64,000 bases of DNA, from NCBI GenBank assembly GCA_965645245.1, contig OZ287081.1, forward strand, positions 248,001-312,000, read 5' to 3'. The stretch is from Massalongia carnosa (taxonomy: Eukaryota). Position 1 is the stretch's first letter. Every line of letters begins with the position of its first letter. A model generated the notes under the pieces. That model saw only the letters and a program-made list of their open reading frames with translations, did no database searches and had not been told where the DNA came from. Positions 46,613 to 59,626 of the stretch are shown one piece after another. The position numbers and the translations under genes were made by a program.

Positions 46613-48545
46613 TACCATTTGCCCTTGCCTATAAGACAATCGGTGCAGAAAATATGTGATGAGGTGCGGAAAAAACAATTAGATCAGGAGATTTTGTGCA
46701 ATCAACAGCGAATACGCAATCCTAGATTGATCGATAGAAATGCTTTTACGTTACTCATTGGGAAAATTACTCATCATGCCATTGGCCTCGTTTCAAGATA
46801 ACTCGATGCCGCCAAATCATTAGCTGAACGAATCCTTTCTACAGTCCCTGATGGTGGAAGCTGTGTTTATGATTGTGAGTTGCCTTTAAGGTACGGTCTC
46901 CCATGCAAATGCTGGTTGTATAAATGCATCATCGACTCGGTCCCTATTCCCGTTTCCCTCATCCACCCCCGCTGGTTTTTTGATGGCCCACCTTATGCGA
47001 TCTCTTGGCAAATGACCTTCGATTTCGCTCGCGGCTCGGAGCCCGAGGTCGAAAAGATCGTCGATGAGGTCGAAGGGACGGGAGAGATTAAGGCGGATAA
47101 GGATGAGGTCGAGCTCGAAGAAGGCGTGTTGAGTGAGGATAGATTTCGCCGCGGGGGCCTTGATTTGCTACATTCTGTGGTGTTGGAACTGTGACTAACT
47201 GTGACTGCAACAGGCGGAATGGTAGCACTGGGTAATTGATATGACTAGTTCGACAAACGAGTTCTTGCGCATGCAAAACAAACTGGGAGAAACGATTGAC
47301 TTTCTACCACTACGTAGGGTAAAACTGCTCCTATTTATGCCCGTCCACCAGCGATTCCAGAAGCTTCCATTTCCATCTCATCGGTTCCCGCTTCCGATGC
47401 GATTTCCGACTTCATACAAATTTGCCACCGCCACAAGCCTTTCCTTGCCGAGGTAGATGCAAATTGCTTTGTCAGCTGGTTTCGGTACTTGGCATCGGTT
47501 GCCGTTTTAACATGTGGCATATCAATCTATTGACCTGCATCAATCAATAGAAGATTCTCATCGAAGGGAGGAGTACGCTCGCGAGCATGCTCACATCGTT
47601 GAAAAGTTCAATAAGAAATGGCAAAAGAAGGAGCTGGTAAGACTTCTCATCCCCACCACATTCCCCGACGAAATTCGGCCCAAAGAAAACCTCATATATA
47701 AGAAAGGAGGGAGTCGTCAACGTGCCTACACTGGTCGCGAGGCAGCTGAGGCTAGAGAAACTGAACAGCGACGTACTAGGCGAAGGGACTCTATTGAACA
47801 AGGGAGGAGGCTTAGATATAATAGATTGCGTGCTGGGGGCGACGATGAGGTTGAAGGTGAAACAGAAGGTAAAATTCACGATGTTGCAAAGTTATTGCGC
47901 CCGGGTCGGCTAATATTGGGTACAATACTTAGTTATGAAGAGAATCGAAAACGCGCCTATCGTCTCCGACGACGATGACGAGGTGCAGTATAGAAGCACT
48001 CAGCCCATTCTCGGTCGTTCTATGGGTCCTATGCTTCCTTCGGATGACGATAATAATGTTATTCTTACATCAGAAGCCTCGTCGGATTCGCTCGAAGATA
48101 TCGACGATGTGCTTGCCAAGCATAGTCAAAAAGCCCTACCTCAGGCAGCGCCGCCTCCATCTCTTTATAGTCTTAGCCAAAACGTGCGCGCCAGTCAAAT
48201 TCTCCCTACTTCCTCTGCAATAACGCGAAGGTCTCGGGGTGTGGCGAAGAAATCAAAGGCTCAGCCGGAGTTGGAATCTCAGCAAAGAGTCGAAAAATCA
48301 GTCAAACAGGCTAGGGCTCAAGCGAGAAAGGAAACGGCGATGAGAAAGATAGCTAAAACCATGAAGCCTAGAAAAGATGATGTATCGCAATTGGCTGACG
48401 AGTTTTTGGAGTTGAAGTCATCGCAATAGGTAGATTTGTAAGTGTAATTGCTAGCTTGTACGCACCCTGGATGAGTAGTAAAATGGCTGTTTACTAGTAA
48501 AGATTTACACAGGGGGGTCGGGGGGGACTGTCCCTAAGCATCTCG
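46381..48545 (+). mobile_element. MULE transposon 3, internally deleted relative of MULE 2
   Basis: About 90-bp TIRs (cgaggtgcttaggg...gggtgcgtacaagctag); only the 3' half of the transposase remains (RNPRLIDR, YGLPCKC, HPRWFFDGPP, IPTTFPDEIRPK). Confidence 0.85.
47181..47512 (+). repeat. Solo LTR-like insertion in MULE 3
   Basis: TGTT...AACA ends; TSD TGTGG; removal restores LHSVAYQSIDLH. Confidence 0.85.
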
Positions 48546-48660
48546 CCAAATTCTGGTGAGTGGTCCAATTCTGTCGCTTATTTTTTTTTTTACCGCGCAG
48601 TTTCAGGGTTCAAAGTTCGGCACACCATTTTGCAAACGGGTGTATCGAAAGAGTTATCAG

Positions 48661-50560
48661 TTAATTTTCAATAATTCCTGATATCGACTTGATTGATTCA
48701 ATTAAATCGATACTTGGTGTTATGTGTCTCTTCAAAGTGTTGCGTACTAAAGTCCTCTGCTCAAATGCGTAGGCAATCTCGATTAAGGTTTTTTCGCTCC
48801 ACTTGGCCCCTAAAAAACTGATGCCATAAGGAATTCCCGGTGCCATCTCGACCACATCCCAAAAAAGTTCCTTCTCAATCGCGGTATCATCTGCTGCTGC
48901 ACCCAAAGGAACGGTGATTATGGGCGTACCAATCAAGGCTGGAATAGATGAAGCGATCACAGTAGGCAAAACCACAGCATCCAATCCGTGACGCTCCAAC
49001 GCACCCAGAACCCCTCCTTCGCCTCCGAAATAGAGGTTCTCCTGATAGATGGGCAAGAACTCCGGGCAAGTGTTGTTCATCTTTTGTTCGATCGCGGTAT
49101 CCCAATTGCGAGTGTTGCGGGACGGATACTCTTCCGCAGGAAAGGTCCAGGTAAAATCACGGAGATCCTCGATGTTGTGGATATTTTTGGGATTTCGCTC
49201 GAGCTTACTCAAGTACTGCGCAAGATTGGAGACGAAATCCGCTCGAGTAACAGGGTTGTATTCCCGTTTCTTCCATTGGCTGAACGCGGTAAATGTAGTG
49301 TTCTCAACAATTGTCGCCCCGGCATCCTCCATCACCGAGATCGCACGTTCGAAAGCCTCCATGACGTGCGTCACCTTGTCCGATGATTCCTCTATGACGT
49401 TTCGGGCGATACCGATACGCTTTCCTTGAAGGCCGGATAGTTTACATGCCGTCAGATAATCGGGAACACCGTCTTTGAATGGCGAGGCAGAAACGTAATT
49501 GTCATTTAAGTCGACTCCAGCAATGACCTGCAACAGTTTCGCAGCATCCTTGACTGTTCGTGTCATAGGTCCAACAGTATCCTGATGTTCACTGACCGGA
49601 ACGATCAAGTATCGGGACGTCAGCCCCACCGTAGGCTTAATGCCTACGATGTTGTTCCTGTCACTGGGAATCATAATGCTACCGTCCGTCTAGATTGGAA
49701 GTCAATTAAGCCTTTTCTGGGCGAGGAAAAAAGGAGTGAGGTCTCGAATCCTGGTTTTTATCATGTCCTACCTCTGTCCCTAGTGTAGCCCAAGCAAGAC
49801 CAAGATCCGCAGCCACCGCACTTCCTCCTGAACTCCCACCCGGGCACTGTTTAGGATAATAGGCGCCATATGTCTGACCGGAGACTGCATTCCAACCATG
49901 AGACGAGTTGTCGGAGCGGAACATTGACCATTCTGTCAAACTCGCTTTGCCGAGAATTATGAGGCCCTGTTCTCTAAGTTTAACGGCTACGGTTGAGTCC
50001 GCTGAAAGGACTGTGTCCTGAAGCGCATAGGAACCGGCTGTCAAACAGCTACCATTAGATGAGATGACCTCTATCTGACACTTCTCAAGGCATTCGATGA
50101 CTCACCGTTCGTCTGCATCCGATCCCGGGTGCCAATATTGCCTTTAATCAGAACAGGAAGACCATGTAGAGTCCTAACATCATGCTCATAAAGTCATCTA
50201 TAAAACTACCTTCGATTTATATCGCATGCTCTCTGAGTCGTACCCGCGTAGTTTACCTTGTGTCCTCTCCAAATCAAGTTGTTCAGCAATAGACCATGCA
50301 TCTGGATTCCACTCCATAACTGCTCGAAGATCTTGGTTCACTTCATTCGTTCGGTCAAAGTAGGCCTGTAGTTCATCATATCAATCGTCCAAAATTATCA
50401 ACTGTTTAAGAATAAACCGCGGGAAACGACTTACATTCACGAGATCAACACTTGTAAAAAAGTTCTGTCTCAACCCGGACAGGAGCTCATCAGAGGTAGC
50501 ATGAATCAAAGACGGAATTAGACGTTTAATTGCATTTTTCGATTCCACAAGAATGGACAT
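48661..50560 (-). CDS. Amidase-signature family enzyme, multi-exon
   Basis: PGGSSGGSAVA, spliced GTE|TDGSI, VGIKPTVGL and QDTVGPM motifs. Confidence 0.9.
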
Positions 50561-52286
50561 TTTACGAGTCGGATATCAAGATGTGTCAAGTGAATTGATG
50601 ATAGATCTTCAGATTACTCTAACTGTTAATTTGAAATTGTTATCTAGCGAGTTATTCCGGCTCCGATTTCCCAAAACGTCGAAATAGATTTGATCGATAA
50701 GATAATGAATTCAATCGAGTTAGTCATATCTGATCCGGTGTACGACATGGAATCGACATTAACAGAATCGTCCAACGTTTTTTGATTGGTTCGCATTACG
50801 TTACTAGAAATCATTTCGCATAAAAGTTTCCACTAGACTGCTGCACATCTCACCTGCATGACTCGCATCGTGCTGATGTATTTCGATCCTTGATCGATGT
50901 CTATTTGCGGTTAACAATCCAGAATCTTAGCGAGCTGCTTTTTTCGCTTTTGCTCGGCCGATTCGCGTATCGACGGAGTGATCAGTGTAGATGGCGCCGA
51001 CACGACTGCTATAGGCTTCTCCTTCGTCGGCAGGTCATGACTAGTGAGGATAAATAGGATACAGATTTGACAAAGCTCTGGCTCGGTTGAAGTGACGTTT
51101 GTTCGTTTCGCGTAAGTGTCGCTAACCATGGGCCCAGATCACGTATGCTTTATTCCTCGGGATTAACCTTTCCGATAACCTTTTCAAAGTGGCTCTCTGA
51201 CCTCTTCTTTTTCTTATTCTCGTTCGTGCATGACGCACACTTGCATGTACAGAGTTGTCATTTCCCATCATGCACATCTTCTCTCAAAGCAGACTATGAA
51301 GACCGCTTTCGTTCAGTTGACATTTACTTTTCGTGTCTAACGCGAACTCTTGCGAGATCTTGTCAATGCGAGGACACTGTCTCTTAAACAATGCACATTT
51401 CCTCGCTTATAGCCGGCTTAGGTAAACTGCCTGCTATTCGGTGCGATAATCGAAATCATTGTTTCCGTGGCGCTTTGGCGAAAAAGAAGAGGAAATCGTG
51501 CATGTTGTAGATTTGTGTCTTTTTCATCGACGATCGAGTTTGAGTGAATCCTTGAAGCCGAGGTGGCGTTTTAGAGATTACTTCCAAGAAAAGATGCGAA
51601 AACCGAACATCGTTCCCGTCGTGTGACATGCGCAGAAGGTTTCTTTTGTTCTCGACGCTTATTGTGTAATGGTTGATCTTTCCCCTGTAGATAAATGCAT
51701 GTCATTTTGGACCGCCCGAGCAGACCCGTACTAACTAGCAAACAAGACCCTGCGTGTTGGATACGACCTCTCCTGCACCTAAGTCCTGGTTCGCATTGCT
51801 TGTTTGCGCATTAAATCAAGATCCTGCACTATAAAACCCTGTTTTCGAGATATCGAGACGACATAACGATATTGTATGCACAACTGTTCATTTCCCTTCT
51901 AAACTTGTCTAATTGTAGAATTTTCATACTTCCTGTACTGGATTTGATGCGCGTTTGATGCGCGTTTGATACGCGTTTTTGCGTTCTTCCCCTTCCATTG
52001 ACCATGTTCCATGGAGTACTCTCATAAGGTTTTACCTATTTGAAAAATACTTGACTTATAAGATCTTGTTTTAATATGATCCTTGTGTTGGCTACCCTCA
52101 TATCAGACTAGGGTCTTACTTGCCAATTAATACGGTATTTCAAACCCAGGATCGAGTATCAACGCTGTCTCGCGCGGCCTTTAGGTGAACGTTGTCAAAT
52201 TACAGCGTAATCGCATATGCGGTGCTTGGCTTAGAGGGCCCTGCGAGTGATACAACCCCCATTTTGGAGGACACTCGACCATTGTT

Positions 52287-54055
52287 ATGGGGAAAATTGG
52301 GCTGCGTGATGGCGCTGTCGACGAGCGACAGCCTCTATTACGGCAGCAGTCTCCAGAGCTTTACGAGACCCATCAACAGACACTGCCGTCATGGTGGAAG
52401 ATAACATGGCAAAGTATCATTCCAAGCTTCGACGTCGTGTCACCTCGCTATCGATTTGTGCCTCTCCTAGGATGTCTGATCATCTTATTTCATGAATGCG
52501 AGGCCATGTTCACTCACGTGGCCATGACCCGAGCCATCGAAGCGTTGCATTGCCTGGAATACTATGAACAGCACAACTCGGATTTAGCGAAGCTCGGAAA
52601 GAACATTCCTGAAGTTTTTTGCAAGAATGATGAAATCCAAAAACATGTCGCCACGACAGGGGCGTTTCTATTGTTCGTTCGAATGTTGTGTTCGATGATA
52701 GGTGTGTATCGAGAGCTTGTTCGCTTGAGAAGTCACTCTTTCTTATCGAAGAGCAGGAAACTTGCCTCTTGGTTGGCTTGCCGACCTGAAAGGCAGAAAG
52801 ATTGTAATGTCTATGCACAAGATCAACGTCGTGTGTTCTAACGCTCTGCGGATTCTGTTCTGTAAAGTTTGCTCTCCATTGGGTTTCGACCATCAACTCC
52901 ACTGACTCTGCTACAGACATGTTGTATCCGAAAGTGCCGATTTGGGCATTGTACCTGAGCGGAATCCCGGGGCTCATCGGCGGCAACTTGGATCTCGGAT
53001 TAGCGATGCTTTTCGTATGTTACACAGATGTCATGATTTCAGACGCTCAGAGAACGACTCTATACTTCATCACAACATCCATGCAATATCCAGCGCAAGC
53101 TGTCGGGCCATTATTAAGTGGAGCGCTCATGAACTTGAACGGCCAAGGCACTACGCCCGAAGTCGCCCTTTTCGTCGGCTTAGCATGTGGCATCATCTCT
53201 ACCATCCTTACCGTATTCTTCTTCCCTGAGACCATCGCCGAGAGTCGAAAAGCGCGGGCCGCCGCCAACGACTCACACACGAAGCTGAACAACGACTCCG
53301 GCGACTCTGACGACGCGAGCCAGGAAACCAGTGGTTTCCGAGGCAAAGTGCGTCAAAAGCTTCATACCTTATGGCACGATGCGCAGAACAGCGTGCGCGG
53401 GATCGGCGTAACCAATATGTTCCTGCTCAGTGTATCGATCCTGACCGCCGCGGTTGGAATCATGTCGATCAACTATTTCGGGCTCGTGCAGTATCCGGTG
53501 GTCAAGCTTCACTGGAAGTTCTCACAGGCGGCGATCGCGGTGTCGGCGCAAGCAGTCATCACGATCATCAATTACGCCGTGGTGCTGCCGTTCTACAGCC
53601 GCCTGGGCACGCAGCGTCTACGCTTGTCATCGGCGCGCACGTCCCTCGTCATCATGCTATTCAGCACATTCTTGCTCGTCGTCGGCAGCATCATCATCGG
53701 GTTCTCGATCACGGGCGAGTTGTTTTTCCTGGGTCTACTCATCTATACACTAGGTGGCGGCCTACCCGTGGCGACGCAGGTGTACATCTCGAGCTTAAGC
53801 GATAAGGCGAAGATCGGACGCACGCTAGCCAGCTTATCGGTCGCAACGATTGGTGGAAAGGTACTAGCCTGCGTCATGTTCCCGAAGGTGTTGGCCGCAG
53901 GCCTGGACGACGGGCGCGAGTGGATGAAAGGGCTGCCGCTATTCGCGAGCGCGTGCCTCTTTATCGTGGCTGGCCTCGCGATCGTGATTGTGGCCATCAA
54001 GACAGGCGAGAAACCTGCCGGACACGTGGACGAAGAGAGTGAGGAAAGTAGCTAA
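52287..54055 (+). CDS. Major facilitator superfamily transporter, multi-exon
   Basis: DERQPLL N-terminal motif, many hydrophobic helices, FFFPET motif, central hydrophilic loop. Confidence 0.85.
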
Positions 54056-54475
54056 CGGGGTTGGTTAGGAAAAGGCCAAGGAAGAATACTAGAAATTTTA
54101 GAAAAGGAAAAAGGAGAGCAAGTTTCTTTCAGCTCCTGCCATGAGCGTTAATTTTACATAATCTGCTACAATAGAAATTTCAACTAAATCCTTTAGTTAA
54201 TTGAGATTTCCATTGTATCATATAGGAAAATCCGTCAACTAACTTCTTTACACCGGGGATTTCGTTATACGGAAATTTTCTGTAACGGGTTTGGACTGTA
54301 TGTGATTATGATACCGAGTACATACACAAGCTTTGAACCTCCTCACCAAGCATGTGACATCAAGCCCGTGTAGAGCATAATCTCTAATCGGAATGCATTT
54401 TTCACCCCTCGCTTAGGACAAAAAGATGCTCATGTCATCACGTACATAGTTGTATCGCGCGGGTTATTTTTTAAC

Positions 54476-55819
54476 CTAGCCCTTGAACTCTCGCTGCCCT
54501 TTCAAGGCCCGAGCCAATTGTTCCGGATACCACCTCTGCCCGACATCTGGATGACTGGTCAACCGCGCGGTAAAAATCCCCATGCCGGGGCTCTCGAGGT
54601 GATATTGTGCAAAGAATGCCTCCGCGTCCGATTTCACTTTCTCATCCTTGACCAGATCCGCAATGTGGGCCGGGAGCCGTAGGGACGACAGCTCTTCGCG
54701 GGTCAGATCGAGCTTCAACGTTTGAAACACCGGGAACGAAAACCGCGGGCCGAGAGATTTTCGATTCACGTCAAGAAAGTTTCCTGGCCTCAGGTTCACC
54801 CGATGCGTTGTCGCGGTACATACACCGCCGGTCATCGATTCCAACGAGCGGCCAACGTTGACCACCAGCGTATCCGGGATGGGGGGCACCGGAATCCAAT
54901 CGCCGGATTTGTTCTGGGCTTCGAGGCTGGCCTGTGGTGTTGCTTGCAGAAGGTAGGTGAGGAAACCGCCGTCTTTGTGAGGTCCAACCCCCTGGAAGTC
55001 ACCACCGGTAGTGCCTTGGTCATTGACGCCCTTGGTTCCATTGGTTGATGGTGTTGATGGCGATGGCGGTGAAGGATATCTGAGCAGCGACACTTTGTTG
55101 CGCGGCGGATCATTAAAGAATTTCATCAAGGCGGTCGGTTCTAGGTCCAGCGCTTCGGCCACCAGGATTTTCATTACATCTCCCAATTTGCCAATTGCGG
55201 AGAGATATGGTTCCAGCGCTTGACGAAACCCAGGAACAGCCTTTTCATCCGGCCACTACTGGGAATATTGACATTGACATGGACAATCAGTCTAACTCTT
55301 GCGAAACCCTCAGGCAGGGCCAAAAGATAATGATATGTTCGACTTACCTGATTCGGGCCCTGAACGTTGAGATATATCGGCTCATCCGGACCTGGAGCGG
55401 GGAGCGGTGTAAGGAACTCAACACGAAGTTCAGTCCACCAATGTATGTATGCACCAATACTTAAGTTGCTTACTTACATCAATCATCTCGCGATGATCCG
55501 TTTTTCGAGCCGTCCTTTCGCACCCCAGCCGCGAGTATCCTAGGAAATGCTTGCTGTTCACCATATCAATTTCAAGCTTCTTTTCCAGTGGCAATTCAAA
55601 GAACTCCTTTGATTTCTGTACAAAGGTTTTCTGTACTTCTGCCGAGACCGATGTGTTTTTGAGGTAAAAAAATCCGACCATAACCAAAGCCTCTCGAAGC
55701 TCTGATAAAAAGATGGGTTTCGAGGCTGGCGACTCAACGAGCGAAAGATCCAGCACTGGGATTGAGGTGAAGGTGGCTGGGTTTCCTTTCACTTTGCATG
55801 TCTCTGTCATGTCAGCCAT
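54476..55819 (-). CDS. 2-oxoglutarate/Fe(II)-dependent dioxygenase (IPNS/DIOX_N-like), two introns
   Basis: IPVLDLS, GFFYL, GVGPHKD, ATTHRV and RFS motifs. Confidence 0.92.
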
Positions 55820-56506
55820 TGTAGCTATCCTGAGGCTGTTTGGTATCAGCTCCGAGTATGAATTAGTGCCGAGAGACTGAAGCCTAGGGGGATGCTTGTG
55901 TGGTTACCTAGATGTTTATCATGTAAATAGAGAAATAGAGAAATAGATTGAACATATTGTGTAGTGTCCAGCACATAACCCGATTTTGATATGATTGGCA
56001 GATCGCTAAGATGGGGGATTGGGGGTTTCGGCAAAAGTACGGGGAACATGCAAGCCGTACGAATGCACGAATATGCACGACGACAAAGAAAACAAATGGT
56101 TTACAGAGCGTCAGTGGACGATGGGCGTACTGCACGGCCGGGTGGGCTCGATGTGGAGATGTGCTACACGATGCGTGAGAGTCGTACACATCGGGGGGAG
56201 CCGATTTGACGGGGCTTCAAAGGTTCCGATGTTGTTACGGACTTCAGCGGATATAGTTACGGTCAAGAAGTAACGAATGGTGCATTTGCAGAAATCGACC
56301 TTTAGCTTGTGTTGAGCAAGCCACCGTCGATCGTCCGCATGAATCATCATGTCCCACCCTGTCAATGATCCTTATGGTGTTGGGACAGGTTCTTATTTAT
56401 TGAATGGGGTTGTAACCCAGATTCAAACTCATAGTTTTCTAGCAGAAGCAGTGCAAATAGTAACCCATCCAGAATAAACCAACCCCTTCGTCCTGAATTT
56501 GGCAGC

Positions 56507-57781
56507 ATGGCTACGCAGGTGGAGGTGGCCTCGCCACCAGCCTTGAACACACACGTCCATCCGCCTGTGACCAAGCATAAACGTGAGTTGGAGAGCTCCC
56601 TCAAACTCAGACAAAAAACCCCCAAAACGAAACCAGTCCCATATTTTAACGTTAGTTTAGTGGAGTATGCCGACATACCCATCTTGGACTTCAGTGACTT
56701 TGAACGTCCAGGGGGGAAAGAGAAGCTTGTAGCGCAGTTGAAAGAGGCCGTACAGCAAACTGGTAGGTCCGTCCCGCTTTTCATGGGCTTCCTGGAAGCA
56801 GAACGGCAAAGTGAAGGAAAAGATGACAGAAAATAGCGCAGTGGCACTAACGTGTCGCCAACAGGTTTCTTTTATGTCGTCAACTTCGGCCTCTCCCAGG
56901 ACGAAATTGATCGACAATTTTCCCTTGGAAAGGAGATCCTCGAACTCCCTGAGGATGAGAAATTCAAGTACCGTGCCCCGCTAGAAGAGGGAGATTATAA
57001 TGGCTACCGGCCTCTCGGGATGATTGAGCAATTCCCCGGCCTGCGGGATAATTGGGAGTGCTACCATATTTTCAAGTTCATCCCGGAGCAACAGAGGGCA
57101 CATCCGGCGGTGGTCCGCGAACATTATGCGGAAATCGAGAAGTTCCATCGCCATGTGCACCAGAATGTCGCATACGGCGTGCTTCGTCTCATTGCGACAG
57201 TCCTGGAGATCCCGGAAGACTACATGGTAAAAAACCATCTGTACGAAGAGAATTGCTCGTCCTTTCTCCGCTACGTGAAATATCACGCCCGCAGCCCCGA
57301 GGTGAATGAAAAATACAAGGACATTTTCGTGCGGGGCCACACGGATTTTGGAAGTGTCACCTTCCTCTTCTCGCAGCCGATTGGAGGACTACAGCTGCAA
57401 ACGCGAGAAGGAAGTTGGAGAGATGTCCGACACATTCCCGGAAGTATTGTTGTGAATACTGCGGATATGCTACATTTCTGGACCAAGGGGTATCTGCAGA
57501 GCTGCGTGCACCGCGTAGTTGCGCCGCCAGCCGATCAAGTCCATCTGGACCGTTTTGGGCTCATCTACTTCCTGCGACCAAGTGATAAAACGTGCTTGGA
57601 GTTGGTGGATAGTCCGCTTCTTCGTCGGTTGGGGATTACCGCAGCCGACGAGAGTGAGGACCTCAAGGCCAAGCGAAACACCTCGGTGGGAGAATGGGTC
57701 CCAATCCAGACTAAGAGAAACTGGACGCCACATAATCAACAGGCCCAATCTGGAAAGGAATTCCAGTCCATCTTCCGCTAG
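56507..57781 (+). CDS. 2-oxoglutarate/Fe(II)-dependent dioxygenase, one intron
   Basis: IPILDFS, TGFFYVVN, GHTDFGS and SCVHRV motifs. Confidence 0.92.
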
Positions 57782-58232
57782 ATAAGAGAAATGGTGATCA
57801 TGAATACCGCTTCCTTAAAACCAGTAAACAGATCAAATCCTCAATAATTGACAGAAAAACTAGGATGATCAAATCGAGTGAAATGCATTTATTTAAACGT
57901 TTACTGTGAATTGCTTTTTTACTTGACAAATGACAAAATAAAAAAATCAATCAATTTTTATATTAAATTTATCAAAAATCAGAATGAATTAAATGATTTC
58001 AACCGTTGACCCGCATGAAAAATCTCGAACTCGTCCAATCAAATTAAATCCTTATAAATATAAATCGAAAACCGATTTAAACTTGACGAATTTAATTCAA
58101 CTCGTTAAAAGATATAGATTTTTTTTTAATATTTTTTAATATAAGATTATTAATCGTCGGCCTCGCTTAGCTGCCTCCATACGAGGTGTATTAGAGGTGG
58201 TACAAGGTTGGGTGACGTTGGTCCGTGCCCCC

Positions 58233-58483
58233 TGTCACGATTCTACACGGCACGACCTCGGCACTCGGCACCGCCTAGGGCAATCGTAGATAGAACACGC
58301 AGGCGCTTTCGATTTCGTTCCCGCAGCTGCTAGAAGGTTCCATGACGACTATACCACATGGGTACTAGCGCAGTAGAGGATATATAGGGGCAGGTTCTGG
58401 TTGTCGATTGTCTTTTTCCTTCTTCATCTTTATTGTATTCGTTTCTAGTGTCCCTATGACTTGTCTCTAGGTAGATCATAACA
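58233..58483 (+). repeat. Solo LTR (251 bp)
   Basis: tgtcac...ataaca, flanked by CCCCC on both sides, TATATA box, 3' end shared with 13878-13935. Confidence 0.85.
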
Positions 58484-58540
58484 CCCCCCCCCCAAAATTT
58501 CGAAAAACAGTCACAAAACAACAACAAAACATCTTCATTT

Positions 58541-59626
58541 CTACCATTTTGTTGCGTTACCTTCTCTATCTTTACATTGCTTTATACGAGAAGGCATTGT
58601 AGCTACCAAATTGTCAATTTCCTCTTGTTTTACCTCGTTCCATTCGTGCTGAACGGCCTTCTTCATGTCATCCAGAGTAGTGATAACCATGTCATAACTT
58701 CCGATTCGTTGCTTGATTATCCTCCAAACATTCTCGATTATGTTGAGATCTGGTGAGCATGGAGGCCATGCTCCATCATTAAACAAAGGAATTTTGAATG
58801 AGTCTTTCAGTTGTGAAAGATTTCGCTTTCCAAACCCCAAACCATGGGCTCGATTTCTATCCTCCTGAAAGAGAATTTCACCGAACTCTCGGGCATGAAG
58901 GGAATGCTCCGTTCGTTCATAAGGAGAAATATAATTGCTCTCCTGAAAGTACGGAGAAACGACAGGTAGTAGCACCTGTTTTATATAGTCTTCTTTGGTC
59001 ATTCCCCCCCTGGCCCCGGAGAGATTCTGCAAAAACACCAGTTTTGATTTATACCCCCACCCCACCATTCCCCATACTAAAAACGACGTTCTACCACTCC
59101 GAAAATGAGTCTGAATGCAATCAAGACAGTATCGTTCATCCGCCTTGCGAAGAATCTGATCCTTTTTATATTTGCCCGTGTAAAACGTGCTCTCATCACT
59201 GAATCGAAGTCGTTTCCAGGCATGCGTCCAGTTCTCGAACTTTACAGAGAAAGCGAGTCGAATTTTTCGATTCTTTTCATTGATGAAAGGTTTCGGGCAT
59301 GCAGTGCATTTGCGATAGCCCAATTGAGCTAAACGTCGTGCGAGAGTTCGAGGATGAATTGGTAAATTGTGATGTTTACATAACTGAGCAAATGACATAC
59401 GTCTTCCAGAGTATTTCTCCTTTAGCACCCAATTGAGCACCTTTTTGATTTCCCAATCGGAGACTTTTCGTGCTTTTCCAGCCCGTTCAGCACCTTTTTC
59501 TTCTGACTGCGTTTCCAATATCACGCTGTTTTCGCCATTTACGAAGAGTGTCCCGATGCACCCCTGTGACGGCATGAATTCTATGTAGTGATTGCCCTGC
59601 GTCCGAAAACTGCGTGTAATAGTCAT
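58541..59626 (-). CDS. Tc1-like DDE transposase (N-terminus possibly frameshifted)
   Basis: RFSDES, FQED and WPPCSPDLNIIENVW motifs. Confidence 0.88.
   Translation of the reverse strand: MTITRSFRTQGNHYIEFMPSQGCIGTLFVNGENSVILETQSEEKGAERAGKARKVSDWEIKKVLNWVLKEKYSGRRMSFAQLCKHHNLPIHPRTLARRLAQLGYRKCTACPKPFINEKNRKIRLAFSVKFENWTHAWKRLRFSDESTFYTGKYKKDQILRKADERYCLDCIQTHFRSGRTSFLVWGMVGWGYKSKLVFLQNLSGARGGMTKEDYIKQVLLPVVSPYFQESNYISPYERTEHSLHAREFGEILFQEDRNRAHGLGFGKRNLSQLKDSFKIPLFNDGAWPPCSPDLNIIENVWRIIKQRIGSYDMVITTLDDMKKAVQHEWNEVKQEEIDNLVATMPSRIKQCKDREGNATKW

Noticed and set aside
50911..51387. Short ORFs between the amidase and MFS genes
   Set aside because: No recognisable motifs or exon structure.
51944..51980. 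tttgatgcgcg x3 tandem repeat
   Set aside because: Too short to assign a function.
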